Position numbers and translations under genes: made by a program
Origin: Halobacteriovoraceae bacterium
GTDB taxonomy: Bacteria; Bdellovibrionota; Bacteriovoracia; Bacteriovoracales; Bacteriovoracaceae
Direction of reading: 5' to 3'
NCBI GenBank assembly: GCA_963719505.1
Contig: CAVRCF010000002.1
Location: 1-64,000, forward strand
DNA: 64,000 bases
Shown here: positions 39,698-50,395 of the stretch, one piece after another
How positions within the stretch are numbered: the stretch's first letter is position 1
Layout of the letters: each line of letters starts with the position of its first letter
The notes under the pieces: model-generated
Seen by the model: only the letters and a program-made list of their open reading frames with translations
Told to the model about the DNA's origin: nothing
Database searches by the model: none

Positions 39698-40518
39698 TGG
39701 AGCTATCATCATCTACTTATTATGAAGATTCAAAAGTTAGCAGGGCAGAAAAAGAAGAACATGATGCTGATATTCGAGGTAAAGTTGAACAGCTAAGAGT
39801 AGCGTTTCCAAGAGCCGGTTACAGGCCATTACTACAGCACTTAAAAAGAAATGGTGTCTCAGTTGGAGAAACTCGTTTAAGACGAATTCTTGGTGAATCA
39901 GGGCTCTTTTTAAAGCCTAAAAGAAAGTATATGAGAACAACGATGTCAGATCACGATGAACTTGTTCATCCAAATTTGATTCAAGGGATGACTATTGATG
40001 GAGTTAATCAAGTTTGGGCCGGAGATATAACTTATATTCGAATTAACAATGGATTTGTTTTCCTGGCAGTCCTTCTTGATCTTTATTCACGTAAAGTTAT
40101 CGGTTGGTCAGTCTCTAAAAGAATTGATGGACAGTTAACATTGGATGCTTTGAAGATGGCGATCAAGCGAAGGCAGCCACCAGATGGAGTTATTCATCAT
40201 ACAGACAGAGGAGTTCAGTATCTCTGTGAAAAATATGTAAAAGAATTGAAGGAAAATAATTTTCACCTATCTTGTTCTCGAAAAGGAAATCCTTATGACA
40301 ACGCTTGGTCAGAATCTTTTATGAAAACTTTAAAGTACGAAGAAGTTTTTTTGAGGAAGTACGATACATTTTTAGACGTGATTGATAAGCTGCCATATTT
40401 TATTGAAGAAGTTTATAATAAGAAAAGATTGCATTCATCTTTGAATTACTTGCCACCGGAAGAATTTGAAGATATTTACACTGAAGAAAAAAATGATCGA
40501 CCTGTTTTTATACTTTAG
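39697..40518 (+). CDS. IS3-family transposase OrfB (DDE integrase core)
   Basis: WAGDITYI, LDLYSRKVIGW, HHTDRGVQY, DNAWSESFMKTLKYE, YNKKRLHSSLNY. Confidence 0.93.
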   Translation: MELSSSTYYEDSKVSRAEKEEHDADIRGKVEQLRVAFPRAGYRPLLQHLKRNGVSVGETRLRRILGESGLFLKPKRKYMRTTMSDHDELVHPNLIQGMTIDGVNQVWAGDITYIRINNGFVFLAVLLDLYSRKVIGWSVSKRIDGQLTLDALKMAIKRRQPPDGVIHHTDRGVQYLCEKYVKELKENNFHLSCSRKGNPYDNAWSESFMKTLKYEEVFLRKYDTFLDVIDKLPYFIEEVYNKKRLHSSLNYLPPEEFEDIYTEEKNDRPVFIL

Positions 40519-40588
40519 CGTGTTGGTGTCCGATCAGACGACCGCAGTCCACTCTCTAGTACTAAACTTTTATTAAAAGGTTTTTTTA

Positions 40589-41536
40589 TTGATGAAAAAG
40601 ATAGAATATGTTCTATTCCCTACGATTTTGTTATTAATTTTATTTTTTATATATTGTTTCGTTCACTTGGCTAAGGATATAAGCGTCTCAGAGTTAGTAC
40701 CTAAATGGTCAACTCCTGATTCCAAGTTCTTGAAGATTCAAGGTATGGAGGTCCATATTACTGATGAAGGATTAAAGAATAATCAAGATCCCATCGTTCT
40801 TATACACGGCACCTCAGCCTCCCTACACACTTGGGATGGTTGGGTAAAAGAGTTAAAGAACAAGCGTAGAGTCATACGTATTGATTTACCTGGTTTTGGA
40901 TTAACTGGGCCTCACCCAACTAGTAATTATAGCATTGAAAATTATGTTAGAACGATAGTGAGTGTATTAGATAAGCTAAATATTAAGCGTTTTATTATCG
41001 CTGGAAATTCACTAGGAGGTTATGTTTCTTGGATGGCCGCAATTTTAAATCCCGAAAGAGTTTCGAAGCTAATATTAGTCAATTCGAGTGGATATCTCTT
41101 CGAACCTGAATCTGTGCCACTTGCATTTTTACTATCTTATAGTTCTTTGACGAGTTTTTTTACGCAGAAAATACTTCCAAGACACATAGTTAAAAGTAGT
41201 CTTAGAAATGTTTATGGTGATCCTAATTTAGTAAATGAGGATCTTGTTGATAGATACTATCAACTCACTCTTCGTGAAGGGAATCGAATTGCTTTGACTA
41301 AAAGGCTAGGGCAGTTGGAGCCTGGAGCTTACTCTCATAGGATCTCTAAAGTAAAACAGCCTACCCTTATATTGTGGGGCAAAAAAGATAGATTAATTCC
41401 ATTGAAATTTGGTATTAAATTTCATGAACAAATCAATAATAGCAGACTTGTGGTTTTTGATGATTTAGGTCATGTGCCTCAGGAGGAAAATCCTGAGGCA
41501 ACAGTTAAAGAGGTGATAAAGTTTTTAGATAATTGA
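40589..41536 (+). CDS. Alpha/beta-fold hydrolase with N-terminal membrane anchor
   Basis: LIHGTSASLHTW, DLPGFGLTGP, GNSLGG nucleophile elbow, WGKKDRLIP, GHVPQEE. Confidence 0.9.
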   Translation: MMKKIEYVLFPTILLLILFFIYCFVHLAKDISVSELVPKWSTPDSKFLKIQGMEVHITDEGLKNNQDPIVLIHGTSASLHTWDGWVKELKNKRRVIRIDLPGFGLTGPHPTSNYSIENYVRTIVSVLDKLNIKRFIIAGNSLGGYVSWMAAILNPERVSKLILVNSSGYLFEPESVPLAFLLSYSSLTSFFTQKILPRHIVKSSLRNVYGDPNLVNEDLVDRYYQLTLREGNRIALTKRLGQLEPGAYSHRISKVKQPTLILWGKKDRLIPLKFGIKFHEQINNSRLVVFDDLGHVPQEENPEATVKEVIKFLDN

Positions 41537-41570
41537 TTCGTTTAATTTAAATTTACTCTTTTTTATTACT

Positions 41571-42893
41571 TTAGAATTCAACCTTCAATTTATTTGGTCC
41601 TGTCAAAAAAACTCTGTCAATTTCATGATCGTTTAGAAAAATCTTGATTTCTTTATTGAAATTGAGCATTTCATTATCGATATTGATATAAATGCTTTTT
41701 GCAATTGAATCTGAAAAGCTTAATCTGATATTATTATTTTCTATATTTGCTTTAAAATATATCGAAGCAAGCTCTTTAGTCGTTTCTCCAAGTTCTATCC
41801 AAAAATATTTCCTTCTAGCTCCTATAAAGAGATCATAGTTATATGTGTATTGATTATTATCTACTCTGTCAGCGGAGAGAAAGTTTCCAAAAAGAACTTT
41901 TTGATTTCTGTTGATCTTCAACTTGAAATGATCCTTTAGTTGATTTTTTAGAAGTACTTTGTCGTAGTTATGACTTCCTTCATAAAAAATAACTTTGTAA
42001 GGTGCTTTCATGCTGTGTAGTTTTTCAAGCTTTGTCACAGCATCAATTTGGTTTTCTGTTCTAGATATAAATGATTGAAAATGGTCATACTTTCCTTGCA
42101 GGTGAGTATATGGAAAATTAAAATATGAAAGAAGATTATGGTCTTTTCTCATATAATCAGCCATTCCAGCTGCTATTGGCATCATGAAAGCGTATTGATC
42201 TGCTAAATTTTGTGCTTCTCTCGTGATGGCCATTCCACCCATTGAGTGTCCAGACAACCCAATTGACTCCATGTCGATGAGACCGGTATCTGAGAGTTCT
42301 TTGTTTATTGCTCTTAGATATGTTGAAGTATGATATGACCACTGATGACTACTTCCTGATGGTAGAATTAGCATTATATTTAGGTCTTCAGCTATACTTA
42401 TAAGGTCATCCATATAGCTTTTAGCAACTGAGAGAGAACTCGTTCTATTTGCTGTCGATGCACCTCCACCGTGCAAAAATACTAGAGCTTTTATTGCAGT
42501 TGATCCTTTGAGATTTTTTGGAATATAATAAAGAATATCGTATTTGAAATCTAGGGGACTTTTTGGGATTTGAAATTTACGATGTTGAACACCACCATAA
42601 ACGAGAGATTCAAAAATGGATTTATCAGAATTGGAATCATTAATATTTATTCTTTCTAGAGTTTGGTCTGCAACTGCACTTTCACTCGTTTTAAGCTGGC
42701 ATTTTTTTGCCGCTGTTATATATGGTAAAAATTTTCTTTGAGCTTTGTAACATGCTTTTTTTACAGATTCACATTCATAAAGCGCTTTTTCAGTATTGAA
42801 ACTTCTTTTAATATCTCTAAAACACTTTCTGTCAACTTTTGCTGTCAGGCTTGAAGTATAGATAGAGAAAATAATGATGATTAATTTGAACAT
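41571..42893 (-). CDS. Secreted alpha/beta hydrolase (esterase/peptidase-like)
   Basis: Likely start MFKLIII at 42893; VFLHGGG, GHSMGG, GKYD, GSHNY catalytic-triad motifs. Confidence 0.8.
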   Translation of the reverse strand: MFKLIIIIFSIYTSSLTAKVDRKCFRDIKRSFNTEKALYECESVKKACYKAQRKFLPYITAAKKCQLKTSESAVADQTLERININDSNSDKSIFESLVYGGVQHRKFQIPKSPLDFKYDILYYIPKNLKGSTAIKALVFLHGGGASTANRTSSLSVAKSYMDDLISIAEDLNIMLILPSGSSHQWSYHTSTYLRAINKELSDTGLIDMESIGLSGHSMGGMAITREAQNLADQYAFMMPIAAGMADYMRKDHNLLSYFNFPYTHLQGKYDHFQSFISRTENQIDAVTKLEKLHSMKAPYKVIFYEGSHNYDKVLLKNQLKDHFKLKINRNQKVLFGNFLSADRVDNNQYTYNYDLFIGARRKYFWIELGETTKELASIYFKANIENNNIRLSFSDSIAKSIYINIDNEMLNFNKEIKIFLNDHEIDRVFLTGPNKLKVEF

Positions 42894-42933
42894 TCTTTTT
42901 ACCTTGAGTGAAGTTAACTCTGATATAATTAAA

Positions 42934-42964
42934 AAGTCGGGCACAGGGGTAATGAGCCCGACTT
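42934..42964 (-). terminator. Intrinsic terminator after 43021-43341
   Basis: AAGTCGGGC-loop-GCCCGACTT with an A run giving a U tract on the minus strand. Confidence 0.6.
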
Positions 42965-43020
42965 CTTTATTTTTTAGTGACCTCGTGACAGGTACTAATA
43001 CTTTTTATTAAACTATTACA

Positions 43021-43341
43021 TTAGTAGTCGAGACAAAGTTCGTGAGAGCCACTATTCCAAGAAATCTCAATACATCTTCTTGAAGTTGTACGAATGGAAA
43101 ACTTCTGGTTATTGTTTGGCGAGTAGTAAACCGAGCCTTGACCATTTTGAAAAGGCACATCAGACATGTGACCATTGTAGTTATACGTACCTCTTAGCTG
43201 TCCATTAGCTTTTTGACTAATATTTATAGCTCTTCCAGAACCTTCAATAGATGAATAAGTTGTAAGTAGAAGTGACTGATTAGATTGTGAGTAGCCAGAA
43301 ATTCCGCTTAGATTAAGCGCTAATACAAATAAATTTTTCAT
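43021..43341 (-). CDS. Small secreted beta-rich hypothetical protein
   Basis: SD AAGGAG; signal-like N-terminus; C-terminal Cys pair. Confidence 0.7.
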   Translation of the reverse strand: MKNLFVLALNLSGISGYSQSNQSLLLTTYSSIEGSGRAINISQKANGQLRGTYNYNGHMSDVPFQNGQGSVYYSPNNNQKFSIRTTSRRCIEISWNSGSHELCLDY

Positions 43342-43846
43342 ATATCTCCTTGAGGCTTATTTAGTAGCACTAAAACAACATGATTTGCGCGCGATGTCAT
43401 GAACTGCGAATATTTTACACGAATCACTTATAAGTTGTTTGGGCTGATCGTATTTTATTAAATAAGATGATTATCTCTTAGAAATAGATCCATCGTTGAT
43501 ATAATCACGATATAACTTGAATTGATCTGGGTAGTAAAGCTTGAATTAAATATTGGTTTGACTGGCCTAGAATTAAACCTTAGTGCATTCTCACTATAGC
43601 GTCTGACAAAAAATGTTGGTCTTTTGAAAGTTTAAGAGTTCGGCTAAAAAAAGTAATGGTAAAATAAAAGGCTATATTTGAATTTTTTTTTGATCGCTGG
43701 TGTCTCACTTCGATTGAGCTCTAGTGGAGGCTATCAATTTAGATCAAATATTGGCCTAAAGACATATAAGCCACTGTTTTGACTTAAAATAGTCTTTGCT
43801 TGCCACAGATTCGTGCCACTCTTTTTTCATTTTTCTTAAATACACC

Positions 43847-43873
43847 TAATGTATCTCATCGAAAGTACGATAA
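43847..43873 (+). promoter_or_regulatory. Sigma28-like promoter
   Basis: TAAT-N15-TACGATAA. Confidence 0.5.
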
Positions 43874-43946
43874 GAAGCTGTAATGCAGTATTACTAAAGT
43901 AAAAATCGATTAATATATGCAGTAGAATCCAAACGGGAGAAATAAA

Positions 43947-46577
43947 ATGATTTTAAAAATCTTGTCGATAGCGCTATTATTTTCAACCTCGCTCCGCGCA
44001 GGTATTAATGATACGGATGTTTGTTCTGAAGTTGACAGAGGTGATTCAGCGACTCTTGGTGGTTATGCTGGAGAAATCCCTGAAGCTCTTATGAAGCAAA
44101 TAGAGTCTTTTAAAGGTGAGGTCGACTGTGTTGAAAAGGCTCGGGAGGCTGCAGGTAGTATCAACTGGGTTAAAGAGATGAACAAAGGTTCAGTCGAAAG
44201 AAATATTGCAGGAGGGCTCGTTCTACAGGTAAAAGCAGATTGTCCGCTCGGAGACTGCAGCGATAGTTCCATGAAAGTATGCACCAAGGGTGATGTTTTT
44301 GAGGAGCGTCTAGGAACGCTCGATCATTATTGTCGTCAGCTTGAGAGAAGGTTTCGAGTCGATCAGTGCAAAGAGAATGTTAATAACAATGAGTTGTACA
44401 ATAGTACTCCTCCAGCATTCCTTAAGAAGAGAATGGAGACTGCATCGCTTATAGGGGAAGCTTATAATGATTATAAGCTGAACTATAGAAAAGCTTTTGA
44501 GGAGATATCGAAGCTTAAACCTTCAGCGATTCACGCAATTGCTAACGCTGAAAAAAGCAATCTGAAAATTAATGAGGTTTTAACTAGCTTGAAGAAAGAG
44601 AATAATGATAGTCAAGAACTCGACTTTAATGGAGAAAAACCTTCAAAACTTGGTGTCGAAAGTTTTAGAGAATTTAATAAATTTTCTAATCCAGCGGGAA
44701 ATCTTGCTCAAATTAACAGTGATGTTGACGAGTATATAAAGTCTAATCCATTCGAAGACATAACCAGTTCCTTTAAAAGTTTAGATGATTTTATTTCTAC
44801 TAATAGTAAGAGCGTTAAATCCATCAGAGAAGAAATTGATCAGAAGATTGTCTTGAGAAAAAAGATAAGCGGCAAGGAGTTTAAAGAAAACTTGCAGGCA
44901 TTTATTGATAAAAAATCAGATGACCCAAAATCAATAAATTATCCAAGAGTAGAGTTTTTTGATATAGTAAATTCTATTCTTAATTCAACCACTGACGATG
45001 AACTCATCATTATTAAAGAGGGAAATACTCCATTAAATGAAACGTTAGTTGAGAGAGTCTTTAAAGATCCGTCTCTCAAAAGAAAATATGATTTAGCTTC
45101 TACTAGGTCTGTTGAGACTGCCTCGGATTCGAATAAAAACACAAATATTGATGTTAAAAAAAGAATTATTATTCAAAAATTAATTGCTGAAAGAAAAATC
45201 AGAAAAGACAAAAAAACTGGAGTCTACTCTGTTAAACCTTTTGACGATATGAGAAAAAACATAGCGGATAACTATATTAAAACTTTGAAAGATTGCGTCT
45301 TAAGTAAAGGATCTTTGACGGGATCAATTGATCCCGATTTAGTTACATCTAATATTGTTAATGAAGACTATCTTTCAGACTCAGATGTTCAGATAAAGAC
45401 AAGTCAAAAATTTACAGTTGATGGCTCTCTCAGTAGCGATGAAGCACTCTATCATAATGTATTTAGCGATTACTCCAATATGGACTCTTATAATAAAGTA
45501 AAAAATGTCAAATTGTCGTGCAGTGACATGGAGTCAAAGAATCATCCTAATGATTTAGTTCCTCTTTTTGGATTTGGCAACCCTGAAAAACAACGAGAGT
45601 TCTACAAAAATGATTGTGAAATTAGTCAAGGAGCTGAGCTTGTGTCAGGTGTGAACAAGAGCAGCTTAGCGAGGGAGCTCAGACCTGGAAAGAAGCTTTT
45701 TGAGGACGCTCAGTTGCATGTCAATGAAGCGCAGAACCAGTCAATTGTTGACTCTTTTCTCCAGAATCCTAAAAATTTCACATATGGTATGAAGTTAAAT
45801 GTCTCTGGTGGTGCTTCTGACGTTTCCATGTCTGCGGATCACTCTGATATGTACAAGAAAGAGTACGGATTGGATGCTAAAATTCCAAACGAGTTTAAAA
45901 ATGAGTATCTTGCGTTGTCCAGAGGGATATATCAGATTAACGATATTCGCAAAAAACTTAAAGAAAGCTTAAGCAATGGCGCATCCACCGTACAAAAAGA
46001 AAATGGCAAAGACTTTTTGAATAAGTTGAAAATATCTAAAGTCGACTTTGTCAAATCTACTTCAGCTATGGGAGAAGGTTTTAGGGAAGAAGCTAGGAAG
46101 ATGTGGTCTTCAATTCCTGATGAGTTAAAGACCGAATCATCGAATGATTCTTTAGCTTTTGATTTCAAGGTTGAAAAGGCGAAAGTTGATGGAGAAGAAT
46201 TACCTTGGATTTCTATGGGTTCTAGTCGAGACGATATGTCGAAGTACTTGAGTAAGGTTATTCCTGGAGACTCTGATAATATAAAAGGTATGAGTCTTGG
46301 TGAGCTTCAATATTTGAAAAAAAGATGGATGGCAGGTGATGTTTTAGGGCCTGGGAAGGTTCATACGTATGATGATCTTTATCGAGGACTGAGAAAAGAA
46401 GAACTTCTGGCAGATATACCAAATTCAAAGAAACTTAAAGTTGAGAGATCTTTAAGAAACTTTATCAAAATGAAGTCTAAAGTTGTTCTTGATTGTCTAG
46501 ATGAATCAATTGCTCTTGCTTGTGAGGGGAAATATGAAGAATCTACGGTTAGAGGTGTTCAAGCGGTTTCTAATTGA
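43947..46577 (+). CDS. Large secreted Cys-containing protein, possible OmpA-like segment
   Basis: SD GGAG; signal peptide; LNVSGGAS..NEYLALSRG resembles the OmpA-like G.AS..N..LA..RA signature (weak). Confidence 0.7.
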   Translation: MILKILSIALLFSTSLRAGINDTDVCSEVDRGDSATLGGYAGEIPEALMKQIESFKGEVDCVEKAREAAGSINWVKEMNKGSVERNIAGGLVLQVKADCPLGDCSDSSMKVCTKGDVFEERLGTLDHYCRQLERRFRVDQCKENVNNNELYNSTPPAFLKKRMETASLIGEAYNDYKLNYRKAFEEISKLKPSAIHAIANAEKSNLKINEVLTSLKKENNDSQELDFNGEKPSKLGVESFREFNKFSNPAGNLAQINSDVDEYIKSNPFEDITSSFKSLDDFISTNSKSVKSIREEIDQKIVLRKKISGKEFKENLQAFIDKKSDDPKSINYPRVEFFDIVNSILNSTTDDELIIIKEGNTPLNETLVERVFKDPSLKRKYDLASTRSVETASDSNKNTNIDVKKRIIIQKLIAERKIRKDKKTGVYSVKPFDDMRKNIADNYIKTLKDCVLSKGSLTGSIDPDLVTSNIVNEDYLSDSDVQIKTSQKFTVDGSLSSDEALYHNVFSDYSNMDSYNKVKNVKLSCSDMESKNHPNDLVPLFGFGNPEKQREFYKNDCEISQGAELVSGVNKSSLARELRPGKKLFEDAQLHVNEAQNQSIVDSFLQNPKNFTYGMKLNVSGGASDVSMSADHSDMYKKEYGLDAKIPNEFKNEYLALSRGIYQINDIRKKLKESLSNGASTVQKENGKDFLNKLKISKVDFVKSTSAMGEGFREEARKMWSSIPDELKTESSNDSLAFDFKVEKAKVDGEELPWISMGSSRDDMSKYLSKVIPGDSDNIKGMSLGELQYLKKRWMAGDVLGPGKVHTYDDLYRGLRKEELLADIPNSKKLKVERSLRNFIKMKSKVVLDCLDESIALACEGKYEESTVRGVQAVSN

Positions 46578-46604
46578 TAACTTAAATAAGGGGCGATATC
46601 TCTA

Positions 46605-49132
46605 GTGTACATCTTGATGATACTTTTCTCATTTTCTGTTTTTGCAAGCTACGAAAGTGATAGATTATCATCTTTGACTCTTTTTGAATCATTAAATTGC
46701 AAAGGGTATATTGAAAAGGCTGATCCACAATTTTATACGCAAATAAATACTGATGTTCTTTACAGTGGAGAGACTCAGCTTGGAGAAACAAACTGCTCTT
46801 TAGGAATAGGCTGTAACACTCGCTATAAGTATCTTCAGCCTACAGGTAACAGTGGAAAAATAAAAGAAGTTTATATTAATCAACTCGATGAAACGAGAAG
46901 CATTAAAGCCAGAGTGACGTCAAATTATCAAAATAACGGTTTGAGATCCCTCGTAGATGATATTAAAAGTACCGGCGCCCCTTCAGCTTGCATCGTTTTT
47001 GCCCACCTTGAGGTCGCAAAAAAACTAGAAAATTGGTATAAGAAAAACTGTAAGACAGCGGATCAAAAAATGAAGTACAACACTCATTACTGTAATAATA
47101 CCAGAGAGACAATTGACAATGTATTCGGACACTTAACAAAGTCAAAAGAGAAAAGTAAATTTTCTCTATCCGCAGATGACTTCTATTCCATTTTTTGTAT
47201 TGATGTCGATAATGAAAGTCAATCGTATAAAAAAACTCTTCATAAGAATAATAGCAATAATAAAGTTTCTTTTGATGAGAAAACGTTAAGTATTCCATCG
47301 AGTTTTACCCAGACATCTTCAACTTACACTCCGCACAAAAAATATCTAGATAAAGCCGTTGATAAATATGAAAAATCGTCAGGTGTCAGAGCAATATTTG
47401 AAATGTCTCCATTGAGGTCACCAGCTGTTTGTACTGACTTTTTTAGAGAATTACATCAAGAAAGCATTAAAAACTTAGAGACTTTTGATACTAAAGCTTT
47501 TAGTGATTACAATAAATCATGCGATAAGAGCTACAGAGACTCGATAGATAAACTGGCGAAAGTGAATCCAGTCTTCTGGGAAAATAATAAAAATGATTAT
47601 ATTAATGCCTTAAAATCAAAGAACCCTCGTGAAGTACATAAAAGTTTAAAAACAGTTATTGAAAAAGATCGAAGTAAAGTTTTGTCATATCTTGCAGGTT
47701 TAGATAAAGAGAACATTGTTAAGCATAAGGCTCTGAGTATTGCCGATCTTCTTGAGTATTCTGAAAACTTTGGTAATGTCGAAGGTGGAACTTGTAGTAC
47801 CGCTACAATAAAATATGGTGCTGGTTTAAATCTCAACTTATCTATGAACAATAGGGGGGGGTATATTCAAGGAGAAACAACGATAGAGTGTATTGGACCT
47901 GAAAACTCCATTGACGAACTTTTGAAAGTCCCATCAGGCGGCACATACACTTAAACTGCTATTGCTCTGGCGGTTCAAGCACAGGCTTTACGACTAACCT
48001 TGGACCCGGTGCGGGTGTTAATGTTGGAGGACTAGCTTTGAAAACTTTTGGGGATTGTAGAGAGGCCGGAGATTACGAGGGAGGTTTTTTTAATACATCT
48101 TTCGGAGGATCTTATTCAGCTGCTCCAGTAGATATCGGCATGGGATTTAATTTGGGAACGGGGTTAGATTTAGAAAAAATGAATAGGGCTTTAAAGGAAG
48201 CTAGAGTTGATGCAAAAACTGCAAAGTTATTCGATAGACATATGGAGGAATTATTTAAGTTCTCTGTAGTTGAAGCGCAGAAGGATCACAAACTTGCACT
48301 AACTTCCTTGGCTCTCTCTGGTATGGTCGCGCCAGTCATCGCTCAAACATTTTTGGTAAATAAAGACATTTTTAACTCAGCAAAAGAGATATTTAAAAAG
48401 TTAGAAGAAAAAAAGAATGGATTAAATGCTCCAACAGTACCCAGTAATTATAAGTACCAAAATCCTACTCCTACTGATGAAGTACTCTCTTACTATCACG
48501 ATCCGATGCAAAGACTTTTGACTTCCTTTTACAAGAAAAAAGGAAGTAGTGAACAAATGTCTTCTTTTAAACTCTTTTTCGATAAAATGCTCAAAGGGGA
48601 TGATAACAAGCTTGGTGGTGGATTTTTAGGGACCTGTCATGCTGTGTCGCTAAATGCTTCAGTCGGAAAATCTTTTCCTTCAGCGTCTCCAGTTGTCGCT
48701 TTTTCGGCTGGAGTTGGTTACACAAAGTACCATAATGGTTTTGATATTAATATTAACAAGGACTCTGTAGACTGTATTGTAAAGCACGGAATTGTAAACA
48801 GTATCGTTCTAGGAACTGGCCTTTTCGGCGACTCCTGTAATATTGTAGATTTAAAAAGTAATATGTTTAAGGAGTGTAGTAAGGCTACTGCTGAGGCGGT
48901 TAAAGATTTTGGTGAGACAGGTTTTTTAATTGCGAGTAGAACTAAGGAGGAGAGGCTGTACAAAACTCCTACAAAGTATACTGACCACTATTTGGATGAT
49001 GCAATTATTAAAGTCTCAGGAAAAAGGGAAATCTATAAAAAATTAACCGAAAACTACGAAGATAGTGTTCACTTAAGTTTAATGAAGCATCAAGAAGAAG
49101 CTTCATTATTTGAAATAAACTGTGGCTTATAA
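46605..49132 (+). pseudogene. Large secreted protein split by a probable 1-bp frameshift near 47950 (track ORFs 46605-47954 and 48038-49132)
   Basis: Second frame is open from 47915 and reads LNCYCSGGSSTGFTTNLGPGAG into the downstream ORF; adding one T (ACT TTA AAC) fuses them. Confidence 0.6.
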
Positions 49133-49151
49133 GCAAAAAAATGTGTTAAGT

Positions 49152-50388
49152 TGCAGTAGTCACGACTTGCGTTTACAAAACGCTCTCAGTCAAAGCTAAT
49201 TTTTATTGTACAGAGATCTCATCACCTGTACTTTTGTTATCGTAAACCATCTCTCCATACTTTAGAACTCCTTCGGTAAAAGTTTCATAAGGAGTTCTCC
49301 CTTTGCACCTCTTTCCTTGATTCGTTCTTTCAAAGTTATAGATCTTCATGAAATCGTCTAAGTCTTTCTGCATTTGATCTAGGCTTTTATAGAGGGTCTT
49401 TCTAAAAGCAACACTATAAAATTCAGCCTGAATCGTTTGATTCAGCTTCTCTACGGCTCCATTTGTTTGGGGATGTCTCACCTTGGTTCTACTGTGTTCA
49501 ATATCGTTAAGGTGAAGAAAAAGCTGATAGTGGTGTTGTGTTTTTACTCCACAGTACTCTCGACCGTTGTCTGTTAAAACTCTCAGAACTGAGATCGCAT
49601 GCTCATCAAAGAATGGAAGAACTTTACTGTTAAGAAAGTCCGCTGCGACTGTTTGGGTTTTATCAAGATAGAGTTTTGCAAAGCCGACATTTGAATAAGT
49701 ATCGATTCCCGTTTGCTGATAAATTTTTCCAACACCTTTGATGTACCCTACGTAGTAGGTGTCTTGAGCAAAAAGGAACCCACTGTGGTGTGTTTCAATT
49801 TCTCCATGTGCCTCTTTCTCGAGCTTTTGATCTTCTAATGCTTTAACTTGAGATTCTGTCAAAATGTTCTTCTCGTTTTTAGACCACTCTTCAAGTCTTT
49901 TAAGGCGGAGTTTTTTGTTCTCGATTTGATGACGAAGCCATACACTTCTCACGCCACCTGGACTAATCAAGATACCGGCTCTTTTAAGCTCGTTAGAAAC
50001 TCTTACTTGTCCATGAGTAGGATTTTCTAGGGCATAGTCTAGGATCGATTTCTCTGTTTCTGGGGCACAGCGATTGGCCATTCTCGGGCCTCGTCTAGTC
50101 TTCTGAGTAAGTCCTTCAAGGCCTTCTTCTTTAATCGCTGTTTTAATGTCGTAGTAATGTTGTCTGCTCACACCCATTTGTTTGCAAGCTTTTGAAATGT
50201 TCATCATCGTGTCAGCAAAGTCTACTATGCTAAGTTTCCGATTAATGAGATACTGTTGTTGAGTCATGTGTTTCTCCTTTTTGTTAAAACTGTTTTGTAG
50301 TAATTACAATTTTAACTGAGAACGCATGACTCAAAAATTACCGGCAATCTTTAGTCAAGTGTTGTAAATGCAACTCGTGTTACTTCCA
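49152..50388 (-). mobile_element. Complete IS481-family insertion sequence (1,237 bp)
   Basis: Imperfect 27-bp terminal IRs (TGCAGTAGTCACGACTTGCGTTTACAA / TTGTAAATGCAACTCGTGTTACTTCCA); flanking direct repeat GTTAAGT (49145-49151, 50389-50395). Confidence 0.9.
49203..50267 (-). CDS. IS481-family transposase
   Basis: NISKACKQMGVSRQHYY HTH; AQDTYYVG..KGVGKIYQQT.IDTYS; LTDNGREYCG; PQTNGAVEKLN. Confidence 0.93.
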   Translation of the reverse strand: MTQQQYLINRKLSIVDFADTMMNISKACKQMGVSRQHYYDIKTAIKEEGLEGLTQKTRRGPRMANRCAPETEKSILDYALENPTHGQVRVSNELKRAGILISPGGVRSVWLRHQIENKKLRLKRLEEWSKNEKNILTESQVKALEDQKLEKEAHGEIETHHSGFLFAQDTYYVGYIKGVGKIYQQTGIDTYSNVGFAKLYLDKTQTVAADFLNSKVLPFFDEHAISVLRVLTDNGREYCGVKTQHHYQLFLHLNDIEHSRTKVRHPQTNGAVEKLNQTIQAEFYSVAFRKTLYKSLDQMQKDLDDFMKIYNFERTNQGKRCKGRTPYETFTEGVLKYGEMVYDNKSTGDEISVQ

Positions 50389-50395
50389 GTTAAGT

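Larger units (their letters stand above)
39205..40551 (+). mobile_element. Complete IS3-family insertion sequence (1,347 bp)
   Basis: Terminal IRs TGGACTGCGGTCGT../..ACGACCGCAGTCCA (TG..CA); 3-bp target duplication CTC (39202-39204, 40552-40554); orfA/orfB. Confidence 0.93.

Noticed and set aside
47854-47861. G8 run as the cause of the 46605/48038 split
   Set aside because: The downstream frame has a TGA at 47912, so the shift must lie between 47915 and 47954
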